This document shows, one piece after another, positions 34,182-45,400 of a stretch of DNA of 56,193 nt. The notes under the pieces were generated by a model. That model ran no database searches, was not told where the DNA came from, and saw only the letters and a list, made by a program, of their open reading frames with translations. Source of the DNA: a virus (lineage: Duplodnaviria; Caudoviricetes); IMG/VR virus record IMGVR_UViG_3300033513_000007, positions 1 through 56,193 of that record. The stretch is one strand, 5' to 3'. A program made the position numbers and the translations under genes. Within the stretch, counting starts at the first letter, position 1. Every line of letters starts with the position of its first letter.

Positions 34182-34651
34182 TCTCCGAGACTCTGGCGCC
34201 GTTGCTCGCGCGCCCAATCACGAAGTTGCACGAACATCACGGTTGTAACGGCGCAGTCTCCGAGGGCGCTGTCGATCCGTTGAGGGGTGTCAGCAGGTAC
34301 ATCGTCGGCGGGTCGCGGTCCAGTGTTTCCGGTATCGCTGGGTACGGCTGCGGCCGAACGCTTTGCTGCGGGCAGCACGCGGACAACAGGATGCTTGCTG
34401 TAGTAATCAGCAACAGCTTTGATGGAAAGAACGGTAGCATTTTGGGTTTCCTTGGTGATCTTGTCGGCCTTGTCTTTGGCGTCTTGCGTAGCCTTCTGCG
34501 CGTCTAGCTTCACCTGAACGAGTTCCTGCTGCACGGCGGTAATCCTCAGCCCTTGAAGGTACCACGCAGAGCCGAAGCCGCCACCGAACGTCAGCAAGCC
34601 GCCGAGGATGTACGGCAAGAACGGGCGCAGGAGAAGCAGCAGAGCGGCCAT
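34178..34651 (-). CDS. Inner-membrane spanin (Rz-like)
   Basis: N-terminal transmembrane segment and coiled coil; last gene of the lysis cassette. Confidence 0.75.
   Translation of the reverse strand: MAALLLLLRPFLPYILGGLLTFGGGFGSAWYLQGLRITAVQQELVQVKLDAQKATQDAKDKADKITKETQNATVLSIKAVADYYSKHPVVRVLPAAKRSAAAVPSDTGNTGPRPADDVPADTPQRIDSALGDCAVTTVMFVQLRDWAREQRRQSLGD
34237..34440 (-). CDS. Outer-membrane spanin lipoprotein (Rz1-like), embedded in the i-spanin
   Basis: Lipobox LLSAC; Pro-rich mature part; alternate frame inside Rz. Confidence 0.7.
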   Translation of the reverse strand: MLPFFPSKLLLITTASILLSACCPQQSVRPQPYPAIPETLDRDPPTMYLLTPLNGSTAPSETAPLQP

Positions 34652-34652
34652 A

Positions 34653-34871
34653 CTAGTTATCCTTCCGCTGGCCGAACCACACACCTACACCCGCCGCCAG
34701 CGCGCCGGCACCGATGCCGAACTGCTGGGCGTCGAAGGTGTGCGCCGGGTTCATTACGACGGAGACAACGCTGTTGGTGATGAATGCCAGCACCATCAGG
34801 AATGCGGCCACCCGCGCCTCATCCGGCACACCGTTGGCATCCTCGAAACACCGGGCGATCCATCTGAACAT
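34653..34871 (-). CDS. Holin-like membrane protein
   Basis: Two hydrophobic segments and a charged C-terminus; AAGGA RBS. Confidence 0.55.
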   Translation of the reverse strand: MFRWIARCFEDANGVPDEARVAAFLMVLAFITNSVVSVVMNPAHTFDAQQFGIGAGALAAGVGVWFGQRKDN

Positions 34872-34875
34872 TTGG

Positions 34876-35289
34876 TTATCCTTTTCGCATTGCGTCGGCC
34901 AGCCGCAGGGCGCGGGCACCGACTTGTTTGGCCCACTTGGAATCGAGCATCGATCTGGCCGCGTCATCGTACATGCCTTCCCGGATGAAACTGAGCGTCC
35001 GGTGGAAATCCGCGAGACGGTTGTACCCCAAGTTGAAGGCCATGTTGATGACGACGGCCTTGCGCGCATCGCTCAAGGCATCGAACTCTGGCAACAGGCG
35101 GCGGGCATCTTTCTCCGCGTCGGCTACGTCGTCCTCGAAGATGACGCGGATCGCCCGTTCGCTGATGGCTTTGTCCCGCAGATTGTGCCCGATCCCGATG
35201 GACTCGACGCCCACGGAATCGCGGTACATCCGGCTACTCTTCCCCTCGTCACGTTCGAGTTGGGGATAGAGGATATCGAGGTAGGTCAT
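34876..35289 (-). CDS. Endolysin, T4-type (GH24) lysozyme
   Basis: DEG......Y.D..G..SIGIGH; INMAFNLG; DSKW..QVG.RA.RL. Confidence 0.9.
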   Translation of the reverse strand: MTYLDILYPQLERDEGKSSRMYRDSVGVESIGIGHNLRDKAISERAIRVIFEDDVADAEKDARRLLPEFDALSDARKAVVINMAFNLGYNRLADFHRTLSFIREGMYDDAARSMLDSKWAKQVGARALRLADAMRKG

Positions 35290-35567
35290 TTGCTGTCGAG
35301 CTTGTCTTCGATGCGCTTCAACTGATCGCGGATCGGCTGCAACACACGGTCGATCATGTCATTGACCTCGGTGCGCAGCAGGAACAACCCCTCGTTCTTC
35401 GCCACCCGTTCCTTCAGGGTTTGGATGTCCCGATCCCGCTGCTCCGCATCCGTCTTGTGCCCCTTCACGATGGACCCCAATATGCCGAGGCCCGTGATGG
35501 TCACGACGGATAGAAGCGGAAGCAGAAGGTTTTCGATTACCCACATGACTATGGTTCCATTGTCCAT
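35286..35567 (-). CDS. Holin/antiholin-like membrane protein with coiled coil
   Basis: N-terminal transmembrane segment; RIEDKLD end; coupled to the lysozyme gene. Confidence 0.55.
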   Translation of the reverse strand: MDNGTIVMWVIENLLLPLLSVVTITGLGILGSIVKGHKTDAEQRDRDIQTLKERVAKNEGLFLLRTEVNDMIDRVLQPIRDQLKRIEDKLDSK

Positions 35568-35593
35568 TTTTATTATTCCTTTGGGATGGAAGA

Positions 35594-36040
35594 TTACACC
35601 TTCGGAGTCGCTAGCCGCGCGGCCTTGATTGCGGCCTGTTCCGTGGCGCGATTCGTCGCGGCAGTCTGGATCAGGGTGTCGGCCGTGGCGGGCGGGAGTT
35701 GAGCGACCAAAACGTCATATACCCGTTGCACCAACGCTTGTTGAACTTTCTCCGTCGCCAGAAGGCGAGCGATCTGTTCCCGGTGCCGATATTCCGCGGC
35801 CTGTGCCTGAAGGGCGTCGGGGATGTCGGCGGGATGCACGGTGTATTGGCCGTTCGGATGTTTCGCCACGAACGGTTGGATGGCAACCGGCACATCGCCC
35901 TGCGGCAACGCGGTAAGGATGAGGGTGTATTTGTCGATGTTCCTCTGGTAGTCGAAGATTTCATGCTCTCGTTCGACTACTTCGGCGGACAGGCGTTCTT
36001 CCTTGTGCCCGACAGTGATTGTCTTGATTGCCATTTGCAT
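35594..36040 (-). CDS. Tail-associated hypothetical protein or chaperone
   Basis: AAGGA RBS; follows the tail propeller gene. Confidence 0.55.
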   Translation of the reverse strand: MQMAIKTITVGHKEERLSAEVVEREHEIFDYQRNIDKYTLILTALPQGDVPVAIQPFVAKHPNGQYTVHPADIPDALQAQAAEYRHREQIARLLATEKVQQALVQRVYDVLVAQLPPATADTLIQTAATNRATEQAAIKAARLATPKV

Positions 36041-36048
36041 TTCCTTTC

Positions 36049-37305
36049 TTACTTGAAGGCCATACGATATGATGTCCCACCTACTGCCGTTCCGGGGTTC
36101 GCGTATTTCGATCCGAAACCAGAAACGGTTGTCCAAGGATAATTCGATATGTAAGGCGAGGTTGCATGCCCCACGGAAATATCCGAACTTCCAGAGAACT
36201 TCACCCCATATCCTACTCCTGCTGGGAGCGTTCCGGGGTTAGAATATTTCGATCCGAATCCGGTGCCTATGGTGTAGTCGTAGGCGTAGATATAGGGGGT
36301 GGCGTCGGTCGCCACGGCGCAAGCCGCGCCGTTGGAAGCAAAAGCAACCCCCCGACAAGTATTTCCACTCGGCGGGGTGGCGGGGGCCGCATAGAGGGAA
36401 CCCCATGCCGAACCGCTCCACGAGTACGTCCTGATACTTCCGTAGGACGATACGAGAACATCGCCGTTGAAATAAGCAATCCCGCGAGCCACACCGGGGT
36501 TCAGAATAGACCCCGGATCGGAAACCTTGGTGCCGAAGCCTGTGCCGGCCACCCACGGGTAGGCGGTCACATATGGCGAGGTATAGTTGCTCATGAACAC
36601 ATAGTCGTTGTAGCAGGCAATGCAAGTCGCTTCGCCTGACGGCAAGGACGCCGGGTTAGCGTACTTCGTTCCCCATCCAGAACCCGACCACGGATATGCG
36701 TAGATGTATGGAGAGGTCGCGCCTCCCGCGAACAGAGTTGTACCGGCCGGGGTAAAGGCTATAGTGCCCGCGCCAGAAGGTAGAGTCGCGGGGTCAGCGT
36801 ACTTCGTACCGAAACCGGAACCCGACCATGGATACGCATACACGAACTTTGTGCTGTACGCCCCTGCAACGGCTACCGCGCTTCCAGCGGGCGAGAAGGC
36901 CGCACCAGACATGGTATCGTTAGGCAGGGTCGCTGGGTTCGTCCATTTCGTTCCGAATCCAGAATCCCACGGATATATCTGAACGAAAGGAGAACTCACG
37001 GAAGGAACGGCTATATCGGTGGCGATAGGCGTGACCGTTTCAACCCAATCGGCGCCATCCCAATACCACCAACCTGTGTCACTATTCTCTTGGTATATTA
37101 CATCGTTCCACCAAAGCAACAACACCACGTTCGCGCTGTACCCGGCAGCGCTACCGTTCTTATAGACGACCCCCGCGCTCACCGTCCATACATCGAGGTT
37201 GTTATCGACGAGTTGAGTTTCGGAGGGGATGGTGGCGCCATTGGCTGACGGGACCAAAACGCTGGCCCCGCTTCCCACCATCAGGAGTATCTGATAGAAC
37301 GACAT
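36049..37305 (-). CDS. Tail/receptor-binding protein: Trp-rich module plus ~7-blade beta-propeller
   Basis: About 7 repeats of Y.YAYPW.GSGFG.KY.NP..LP; N-terminal module shared with 13119-17600. Confidence 0.7.
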   Translation of the reverse strand: MSFYQILLMVGSGASVLVPSANGATIPSETQLVDNNLDVWTVSAGVVYKNGSAAGYSANVVLLLWWNDVIYQENSDTGWWYWDGADWVETVTPIATDIAVPSVSSPFVQIYPWDSGFGTKWTNPATLPNDTMSGAAFSPAGSAVAVAGAYSTKFVYAYPWSGSGFGTKYADPATLPSGAGTIAFTPAGTTLFAGGATSPYIYAYPWSGSGWGTKYANPASLPSGEATCIACYNDYVFMSNYTSPYVTAYPWVAGTGFGTKVSDPGSILNPGVARGIAYFNGDVLVSSYGSIRTYSWSGSAWGSLYAAPATPPSGNTCRGVAFASNGAACAVATDATPYIYAYDYTIGTGFGSKYSNPGTLPAGVGYGVKFSGSSDISVGHATSPYISNYPWTTVSGFGSKYANPGTAVGGTSYRMAFK

Positions 37306-39345
37306 TTATGACACTCCGACGCAGACCCACTTCGACGTATCTGAGCGATATACCAGCGCGATATTGAGGCGCGCGGTCGTCACAGTCGTGGTTGGCAGAT
37401 CGATGGTGGAAGATTCGTAGGCAGTACCCCACGTCAGCGCACGCGCGGCTGTGCCGGTAACGGCGATCAGCAAACCTTGCTCATCGACGGGTGTGCCCGT
37501 GGGGTTGTTGAACAACAAGGCCCCTGCCTGTGCAGTCACCACGAACGCATCGCAGTTGTCGATGTTGAGACTGGTGCCGGTGTCCGTTGTGTAGCTCGTC
37601 GCGGAAATGACACGAGGATTGACGCGCTTGTTGGTAAGCGTCTCGGTGCCCGTCAAGCTAGCGAGGGTAACAGTACCGGGGGGATAGGTGTAGGTGTATG
37701 CCCCTTGGAAAGTAAATTGGCTGGCATAGTTGCCGCTGATCGTGATGGTACTCGCAGCGTTATTCGCTATCCCCGTCCCGCCTTTCGCGGCGGATAGCGT
37801 AGCGCTCAAGTCCGCCGCTGTACCCGTCGTGTTCTGGTTCAGCGTCGGGAAGTCGCCAGCCACGGCAATCGTCAGGGCGCCAGTCGTCGTGGTGGATTTC
37901 AGAATGCCGGTGGCAAGCGCCGAAGTGCCGCCAGAATACTCCGTTCCCTCGGTGGCAATCGAGAGCGCGCCGGTCGTCGTGGTGGATTTCAGAATGCCGG
38001 TGGCAAGCGCCGAAGTGCCACCGGAATAGTCGGTTCCCTCGGTCGCAACCGACAGCACACCGGACGTGAGCTTGGGGATACCAGTCGATGTCGAACGCTT
38101 GACGAGCTTACCGCTCGTGTTCTTGAACAGGACGAGTTCGTTATCGATGCTGCTCGCCGTGTCGCTGGACACGTCGCCTGATCCAGCAGGTGCGGTGGAA
38201 CCAAGAACAATCCGATACCAGACCTTCGGGGTCGTGGAGTCATCCGCGACCAAGTGGATCGTATCACCGACAGAATCGAGGGTACAGGTAGTGGTACCGT
38301 TATCGAAGGTGTCGGTGCCAGTAGTATTGACCGTAAGGGTATTCGACCCTGCCTTTTTCTTTATGCCAGCGGTGTAAGGAAAAGTCGTGATGGTGGAAAT
38401 CTGCAACATATTGATGACGACCGCCGCTGTCGTCGTATCCACAGAGTACAGGGCACCGGCATCGGCAACGAGAGGGGTGTAAGGGGTGTCCGTATTATCA
38501 AGGCCATAGATGACCCGCCACAGGGCACTGTCGAGCGCTTGGCTCGCATAATCCGCAGCCTCGCCTGCGGAGGTAGCGGCGGCGGTTTCACTGGCGGCGG
38601 CGGCAGTGGCGGACGCCTCGGCGGCAGCGGCTTGAGCGGCGGCGTCGATGGTACCAGCTTCCGCAGCCTCGGCGGCGAGTTGGCTGGCGAGAGCGGCGGC
38701 GGCGGATGCAGCCGAATTGGTTTCGCTCAACCCTGCGGCTACCTCACTGGCCGCAGCGGCGATTTCGCTCAACCCGGCAGCCGTTTCGCTGGCGCCGGAA
38801 TTCGTCTCACTGACGCCTGCTGCATTCTCGCTGGCTAAAGCTGCGGCGGCGCTTACGCCGGCCGCACTTGCAGCACTCGAAGCCGTGGATTGAGACGAAG
38901 CAGCAGAGGCAGCAGCGGCCTCCGCATCTACCTTGTTAGCATACGTCGATATACCAGCTTCGACGGCCGCTTCGATGGAGGTCGCCTGTACCGTGGTAAT
39001 CGAGGTCGTATCGACGACGACTGGATTCGCGGTGGCCGTGACGGAGAACCACGTATCGTGCAGCGTCGTGCCGTACTGGACGAAAATCTGCGTGCCGTAG
39101 GTAATCTCGTAGCCATTGTTGAAGTCGGTGGCACGGACCCACGCCCCGCGCATGACGTTGTAGATACCGTTCTCTGCGGTAGCCGTCTGCAACCGGACGA
39201 AGCAGCGGTCGCCTTCAACCAGCGCGATTCCGTCGATTGTCTGCTCGCCGTATAGCGTGATGTTCGCTGTGGTGGCCGCACGGCATGGCGCCTTCAACGG
39301 AAGCCCGCCAGTTTGTCCTCTGATTCGATCTACATTGATTGCCAT
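37306..39345 (-). CDS. Tail fibre protein
   Basis: K..CRAATTANITL.G.QTIDG...GDR....QT...ENGIY....W.RA.D N-terminus; AAASE coiled stalk; internal repeats. Confidence 0.85.
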   Translation of the reverse strand: MAINVDRIRGQTGGLPLKAPCRAATTANITLYGEQTIDGIALVEGDRCFVRLQTATAENGIYNVMRGAWVRATDFNNGYEITYGTQIFVQYGTTLHDTWFSVTATANPVVVDTTSITTVQATSIEAAVEAGISTYANKVDAEAAAASAASSQSTASSAASAAGVSAAAALASENAAGVSETNSGASETAAGLSEIAAAASEVAAGLSETNSAASAAAALASQLAAEAAEAGTIDAAAQAAAAEASATAAAASETAAATSAGEAADYASQALDSALWRVIYGLDNTDTPYTPLVADAGALYSVDTTTAAVVINMLQISTITTFPYTAGIKKKAGSNTLTVNTTGTDTFDNGTTTCTLDSVGDTIHLVADDSTTPKVWYRIVLGSTAPAGSGDVSSDTASSIDNELVLFKNTSGKLVKRSTSTGIPKLTSGVLSVATEGTDYSGGTSALATGILKSTTTTGALSIATEGTEYSGGTSALATGILKSTTTTGALTIAVAGDFPTLNQNTTGTAADLSATLSAAKGGTGIANNAASTITISGNYASQFTFQGAYTYTYPPGTVTLASLTGTETLTNKRVNPRVISATSYTTDTGTSLNIDNCDAFVVTAQAGALLFNNPTGTPVDEQGLLIAVTGTAARALTWGTAYESSTIDLPTTTVTTARLNIALVYRSDTSKWVCVGVS
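37866..38046 (-). repeat. 90-bp tandem duplication in the tail fibre gene
   Basis: ATEGT(D/E)YSGGTSALATGILKSTTTTGAL x2, near-identical DNA. Confidence 0.9.
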
Positions 39346-39405
39346 GCTTTTCTCCGGTGGGCCGCAGGAGCTTTTTAGACTCCCGCGATAGTATCACTGT
39401 CGTAT

Positions 39406-42400
39406 TTAGTGCTTAGATTCAGGGCTTGCGAAGCCTGTTGCTACGCCCCGCGCCACATCTATCGGTCCTGTGGGTTCTACCCTTCCGCCTGAGATATCGG
39501 CGGCGTAGCTGATAGGTCTTGCCAGCGCACTGGCGGGCACGCCAGTTGTCATGCTGATGAGAGTCGCCACATCCTTGACGGCGCGGCTAGGTTTGCCTTC
39601 GCCAGCTACGGCGTTATAAACCGACTGCGGCGCACGCAATGAACTCTCGACCATGCTGATTGCGGGCGAGGTCGAGATACGGTCGTCATAAGGCTGGTTG
39701 TTCAGCATGTTCAAGCCGGCGTTCGCCACGGGGCCGAAACCCGGCACCATCGCCACGCCGTACCGCAGCGGCGCAAGCACGAATAGATCGCGCAGCCAGT
39801 CGTCCAGATACTCGCCGTCGCCGTCGTCATCCGGGGGGCCACCGTGCATCAGTTGAATCGCCAGTTCCCCGAACACAGCCGGCAAGAAATAGCCGATCAT
39901 GAACACGTACAGGCCACGGCCTACCCCCTTGCGGACCCCCATGTCGCGCGTGATCTGCACGTACTCGTTGCCCAGCAGATTGGCGATCATGTTGAAGTAG
40001 CCGGCGAACTGCACGAACATGCGGTAGAACGGCGTGCCCGATTCAAACGAGGCTATGTCTTCCGGCGCCCATGATCCTTGCGTCTCGCGCACCGTCGAGT
40101 CAGCAAAGCGAACGGCTTCTTCCTCGCTCAGTTTGCCCTCGATGGATTGGTTGTATGCAGCGAGCCACACCGGGCCGCTCATGATGTTGTCGGCTGCGGT
40201 TTGCAGAAAGTAGCTGTGCTTCACCAGCCAATTCTTCGTGTTCTGGTAGGTGGAGGGGTTCAGCAGGATGTCGTTTATATCTTCGGTCATCGACATCGCT
40301 TCGTTGGTCATGCGATTGTTCATATACACCGACTTGTCGGTGACATACTTGGTGAAGTCGCGCGGAGACATCGCGTACTTGGCAAAGGCATCCACCAGCA
40401 TCGCGGGGCGCACCTTCACCATCGCGGTGAATGGCGAGGTCATGATCTGTTGCAGCGCGTTCGCCACGTTGCCGAACATCGCGGACATGCCGGCGTTCTT
40501 GCGCACCGCCGTCCAGAAGCGGCCCAGCCCTTCCTTGCCCGGTGTCTGCGTCTCTACGATCTGATGCGCCGCACGGTTGAGCCACGGCACAATCATCGTG
40601 TTGAACGCCTGCGGGTCTTGCCGATGTAGCGCTTGCGATACCGTCTTGCCTCGCATCAGACGCCTCACGTCATTGACTGGCTGGGCCATGTGCGTGAATA
40701 GCAGCGCCTTGTCAATGTGCTGCGACAGCGAACGCAGATCGAGTTTCAACGGGCGCGTGTAAGATTCCACGCGACCTTTCGTGAAACCACGAGCCGGTGC
40801 CGGGAACGCATACGACATATTGTTCTGTTCCTCTTCGGCCAGTGCCCGCAGATCGGCATCGCGCACGATCAGCGGATCAGTGATCGCCGGAACGTAGCCC
40901 CCAGCGTAAGTGCCGAAAGGCGTCGTGAATTCCTTGGCCGTGACCTCTGCAAAATACTTGCCGAAGACTTCGTGGTGTGCCTTCTGCGCTGCGGGCTTCA
41001 TGGCTTCCATGAGATTCCACACACCCTGTACGAAGTCGTAGTCGGCCTTCGTCAAAATCTTGCGATCCTGCATGCGGGTGATGAACGAGTCCCACTTTGT
41101 CGTATCGAGGGTACCGTCTGCGTTCTCGGTGGCCCAATGCCGGCCCAGCAGCAACTTCCGCAGGTTGCTCTCGTTGCCGGTATGCAGCAGGGCGTGCAGG
41201 AGTTCGGCCTTGCCCATGCCGCCGTCGCCCGCACCGAAGGTATATCCCAGTTCCTTGGCGTCGATCAATTGGCGTGTGAGCGTCGGTTCGACGGTCTTCA
41301 GCAATTCCTTGTACGCGCGCAGATAGCGCGCCTTGTCGAAGCGATACTTCGTCGCGGCCTCGCTGATGGGCGACCACATGAACTTGCGGAACGGGCCGGT
41401 GCTGCCGCCATCCTTCGCGTCCGTCCAATTCTCCATGCGCGTAAGCGTACCCACGAAGCGGTCGAACTTCATCTTCCGCCTCTCCGTTTCGGTCACGGCT
41501 TGGCTCTCGCCGGGTATGCTGGTCGGGATTCCGAGTTGTTCGATGCGCGCGTAGAGTTCGTTTTGCGCATCTTGCAGCGACATCAACTTGCCGCCAATCT
41601 CGATCTGGTGTGCGCGCTTGGCGAGGAACCATATCCCTTCGATTTCTTCCGCGAGGGTACGAGCATCCGCGACGGAAAGGTTCTGCCAGTTCTTCGCGCT
41701 GTTGGACAAACCAATGATGACATCGGTAAGTGATGCGGCCAACTCGGGGTCCATGCGCTTGACGACTTCCAAATACTCTTGGGCGCGCTTGCCCTTCGTG
41801 CCGATGTCGAACTCAGCCAAGATCGCACGAGTGGTGGCAACCAACTCGGCATCACGACTCTTGATCGCGGAAGAGTCTTCCTTGTACGACGCGATGGCGT
41901 GCAGGCGGTCGAAGATGCGGTGCAGTTCCTTCTCCGTCTTGTAGGCTTCCTTGGTCGAGACTTGGTTGATGAGCGCCGTCCGCTTCTGTGCAGCGGCCTC
42001 GTCGCGTTCGCCCTTACGCAGCGCCGCCTGCGCGGCCTTGTTCGCCCGCACTTCCGCTGCCGCGTACTGCATGGGCTTCAGGGTCTTGATCGTCTTGTGG
42101 GCAATGCGCTGACGTGCGAATTCCTTCGCGGCCTTGAGCAGCACACTCGGGGCGCCAATCTTGTTGTTGAGCGCTGCGAGTTCCGTCGCCAGCAGGCGCG
42201 AGTGCGCGTCGTTGTGGATCGCTTCGTCCGCCGCCTTGGCGATGACCTCGGGCGAATTCAGATCGCCGTATTGGTCGAGCATGCGCAGATCGGTCTGCGT
42301 CTCGATTTCCTCGCTCAGTTTCGGCGCGGATATGAGTTGCGCGATCATGTCCTCGCCGGATCGGAAGCCCAGCATCGACGCCACCATGTCGGGATGCAGC

Positions 42401-45400
42401 CCTTCTTTCGCCAGCAAGCCAGTGTTGCCGTACCCCAGCGTCTTCCAAACGGAGGCGGCTTCATCCGGGTACATCGCTTGCACGTCGGAGATTTGCAGCT
42501 TGTGGTTTTCCTGCTTCACCACGTTGCCTTCGACATCGACCAACTCGCCTGAACGCAGGAAGCGCGATGCCTTATAGACGGGCGAGGCCGCGAGTTCCTT
42601 GGTGACTTCGGCCTTGATTTCTGCACGCTTGGCGCGGGCGTCCGCCTGAAGTTCCTTGATCGTCTTGTCGTAGCTGTTGCGCATCCACTTCATGTCGCGC
42701 AGGCTGCGGGTCCGCAGCATGGCTTCGGCATCGTCGCGTTGCTCGCGCGTGAGTTCGGTGTATTCGACAAACTTCGCCTCGTCCATCCCGGCCTCAACTG
42801 CGTTCTGGAACAGGGCTGTGTAGTTGCGCGTTTCCGCCGCCGTTGCGATTGCCTCATCGGTAGCCAACATGCGGTCCATGACGGCCGCGACCTCTGGCGT
42901 CAAAGTGGCGCCAGTGTGTGAGGCGACGAAATCCTTGAGCGAGCCATAGACCCGCTTCAAGAATGAAGCGAATCGACGGTACAGCGGTTCCAGTTCTGTG
43001 CTGGGCGCCTTGTTGCTGAATAGATATTGCTCGAAGCTCTCCGCGAATTTCTCATGATAGGGCTTTTTCTCGTTGAGGGGGAGAGCGTTCCACGCCGCCA
43101 TATCGGGCACGCCGAACCACTTCAGCAGCGCGTTCATGTCATCCACGATGACCTTCGGCGCCGTCTCGCTGGCGGCGATGTCGCCATAGACCATCAGGAA
43201 AAAGTGTCCCGTCTCGTGCATGAACGAGGATAGATTTGCGTTTGCCAGCAGGCGCAAGTCCAGCGTCTCGGGGTTGAAGCTGGCGATGTTCTCGGCTGTG
43301 GGCGTGAAGGGCACCGGCAGGTTGTCCGTTTGTCCAAATTCACTGCTATCGATCCCGACATCCAACTGCGCGCGCGGAGCGTCGAAGTTGAGGTCGATGG
43401 TGAAGTGCGTGCCATCGGGCAGCGTAGAGTAGAAGTCAGAGGGTTCGGTGGCATGCACCGTCACTCCGGTTGCGGGCGTCACAGAGCCGTCTTGATAGAC
43501 CAGCCCCTGACGAGTCAGGACAGATTCTTGATTGAATTCTTTACCGAGCGCGAGCGCCTGTTCGGGCGTTACCCCAAGGGTGACGTAAGGGTTCTCGATG
43601 TTGCCGTACTTGCCTTTGATCTGGAAATGCTCAAGACCGAGTTGATCGAGGCGGGCGGAAAGATCGGAGTTCGCCTTCGCGTTTTCCTCCTGCGTTCCCT
43701 GCACGCCCATCGGGTTCTCTGCCGTCAGGATGCTCCACTGCGAGGCGCCCAGCACGTCCTTGATGCCTGTGCGCGTGAAGGTAGCTTTGGTCGCCACCGG
43801 GATGCCTTGGTGCAGGACCGCGCCACTCTTCTGATTGAAGGCGGCGGGGAGACGATGTTCGTCGGCCAGCTTGTTGAACGCGGCGACGATTTCTTTGTTG
43901 TAATTTCCACTCGCAAGAATGGCCCGCGCCTTTGCCAAACTGGCGTCATGAATGTATCTGTGCCCCGCGTCCTGCGAACCCACCGATGCGGCCACATCCG
44001 CGACGTGAAGCACTTGCGCACTGAAACTGAGATAGGCATCCGTCGTCGGGTACCCGCCACCAAGTTCCCGATGGTGATCGCGCACAATCTCCGCGATCTT
44101 CTGTGGGATACCCGCTTGCAATAATGCCGATGCCCCGGCCTCGGGGTGAGTCTGAACCTGTACGCGCTCCTCGGGAGTAAGCGCGCGATCCGCAGTCAGC
44201 AAACCTTCTGGCAAAGTGCCCTTGCCGATATCGTGCACCAGCGCGGCCAGTGCGATTTCGACACGGTTCTGCGACGGTACGCCGAGTTCCTTTGCCAGTT
44301 CGTTCGCCAATGCCGCCGTCGTATGCTCGTGGATGACAGTGCCCGCATCCGTGGCACCTTGCTCGATGCCCAGCACTTTGTTCGCAAGCTGGCGGTAATA
44401 GAGGATGTTCGCCTTGTTCAGCGGCACGCCCTGCGGGCCTTGTACGTTCAGGTGATACCCCCGATGCTGCTGGCCGGTGGCATCCGTCCAACCGTTCATG
44501 AGGCCCAAGGGGGTAGTGCCAAGTCGTTCAGAGGCAACAGCGAAGAAACTACTAATGAGCTTGGCGTAACTCTGGTTTGCCTGTGGTCCTGCCTTACCCA
44601 CCCGCTGAAGTTGGTCGTAAATGTCCGTCTGTACCGCCTTGGTTTCGGCAATGAACTTCTCGTTGCTCGCCTGTTCTTCCAACACACGGCCTGCTTCCTC
44701 TTGGAAGAACGCGCTTGCCTTGTCGCCGGCCGCTTTCGTTTCGGCCAGCGTGGGAGAATCCGGCGCGATCCGCAGATTCTCCACGATGGTCTGTTCGACG
44801 CCAGTGCCCCCCAGCCCTTGCAGCAATTCGCCCACCGGTACCTCGATGCCGATACCCGGCATAGGGCCGCGCTCCAACTGAGCCGCCGCCGTGGGCAATA
44901 CTTCCTTGATGTCAAGCCCTGCTTTTCCCAAAGCCGTCTTCAGGATTTCAGGGTCGATGGTGACGGTCTGATCGGGGGCGACGGATTGGAAGAATTCCTT
45001 CAGCGTTTCCGGCGCGTGTTTCAGGCTCTCCGTCGCTGTCTCGAACAACGAGGTTAGGGTGTCGGCGTTGGTCTGTGCCTGCGCGCTTTCCGTCGAGGCT
45101 TGCCCCGCGAGTTTCTGCGCGCCGTGAATGACCCCGGCCTGCAACGAACCCCCGACGAGGGTGGCTACGAAGGTTTGCCGCATCGCGCTGGGTTGTTCCA
45201 TCAAGAAATCTTTGAAGGGCTTCTCGGGGTTCAGTTGCGCCCATGTGTTGAAGTTCTGCGACAGCGTGGTCAGTTCTTCGCCTACAAGTTCTTTCTTAAG
45301 GAAATTCCACAAGAATGCTTTGAGTGGGCCGTTGTTGGCTATCTTGCCGGCGATGGCGCCGGCCGGTCCAACCTCGAAGGCGTACTCGAAAGCCGCTTGC

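Noticed and set aside
36049-37305. DGR-type target/template relationship with the secreted gene repeats
   Set aside because: Differences are not adenine-specific and both copies are coding; better explained by module shuffling
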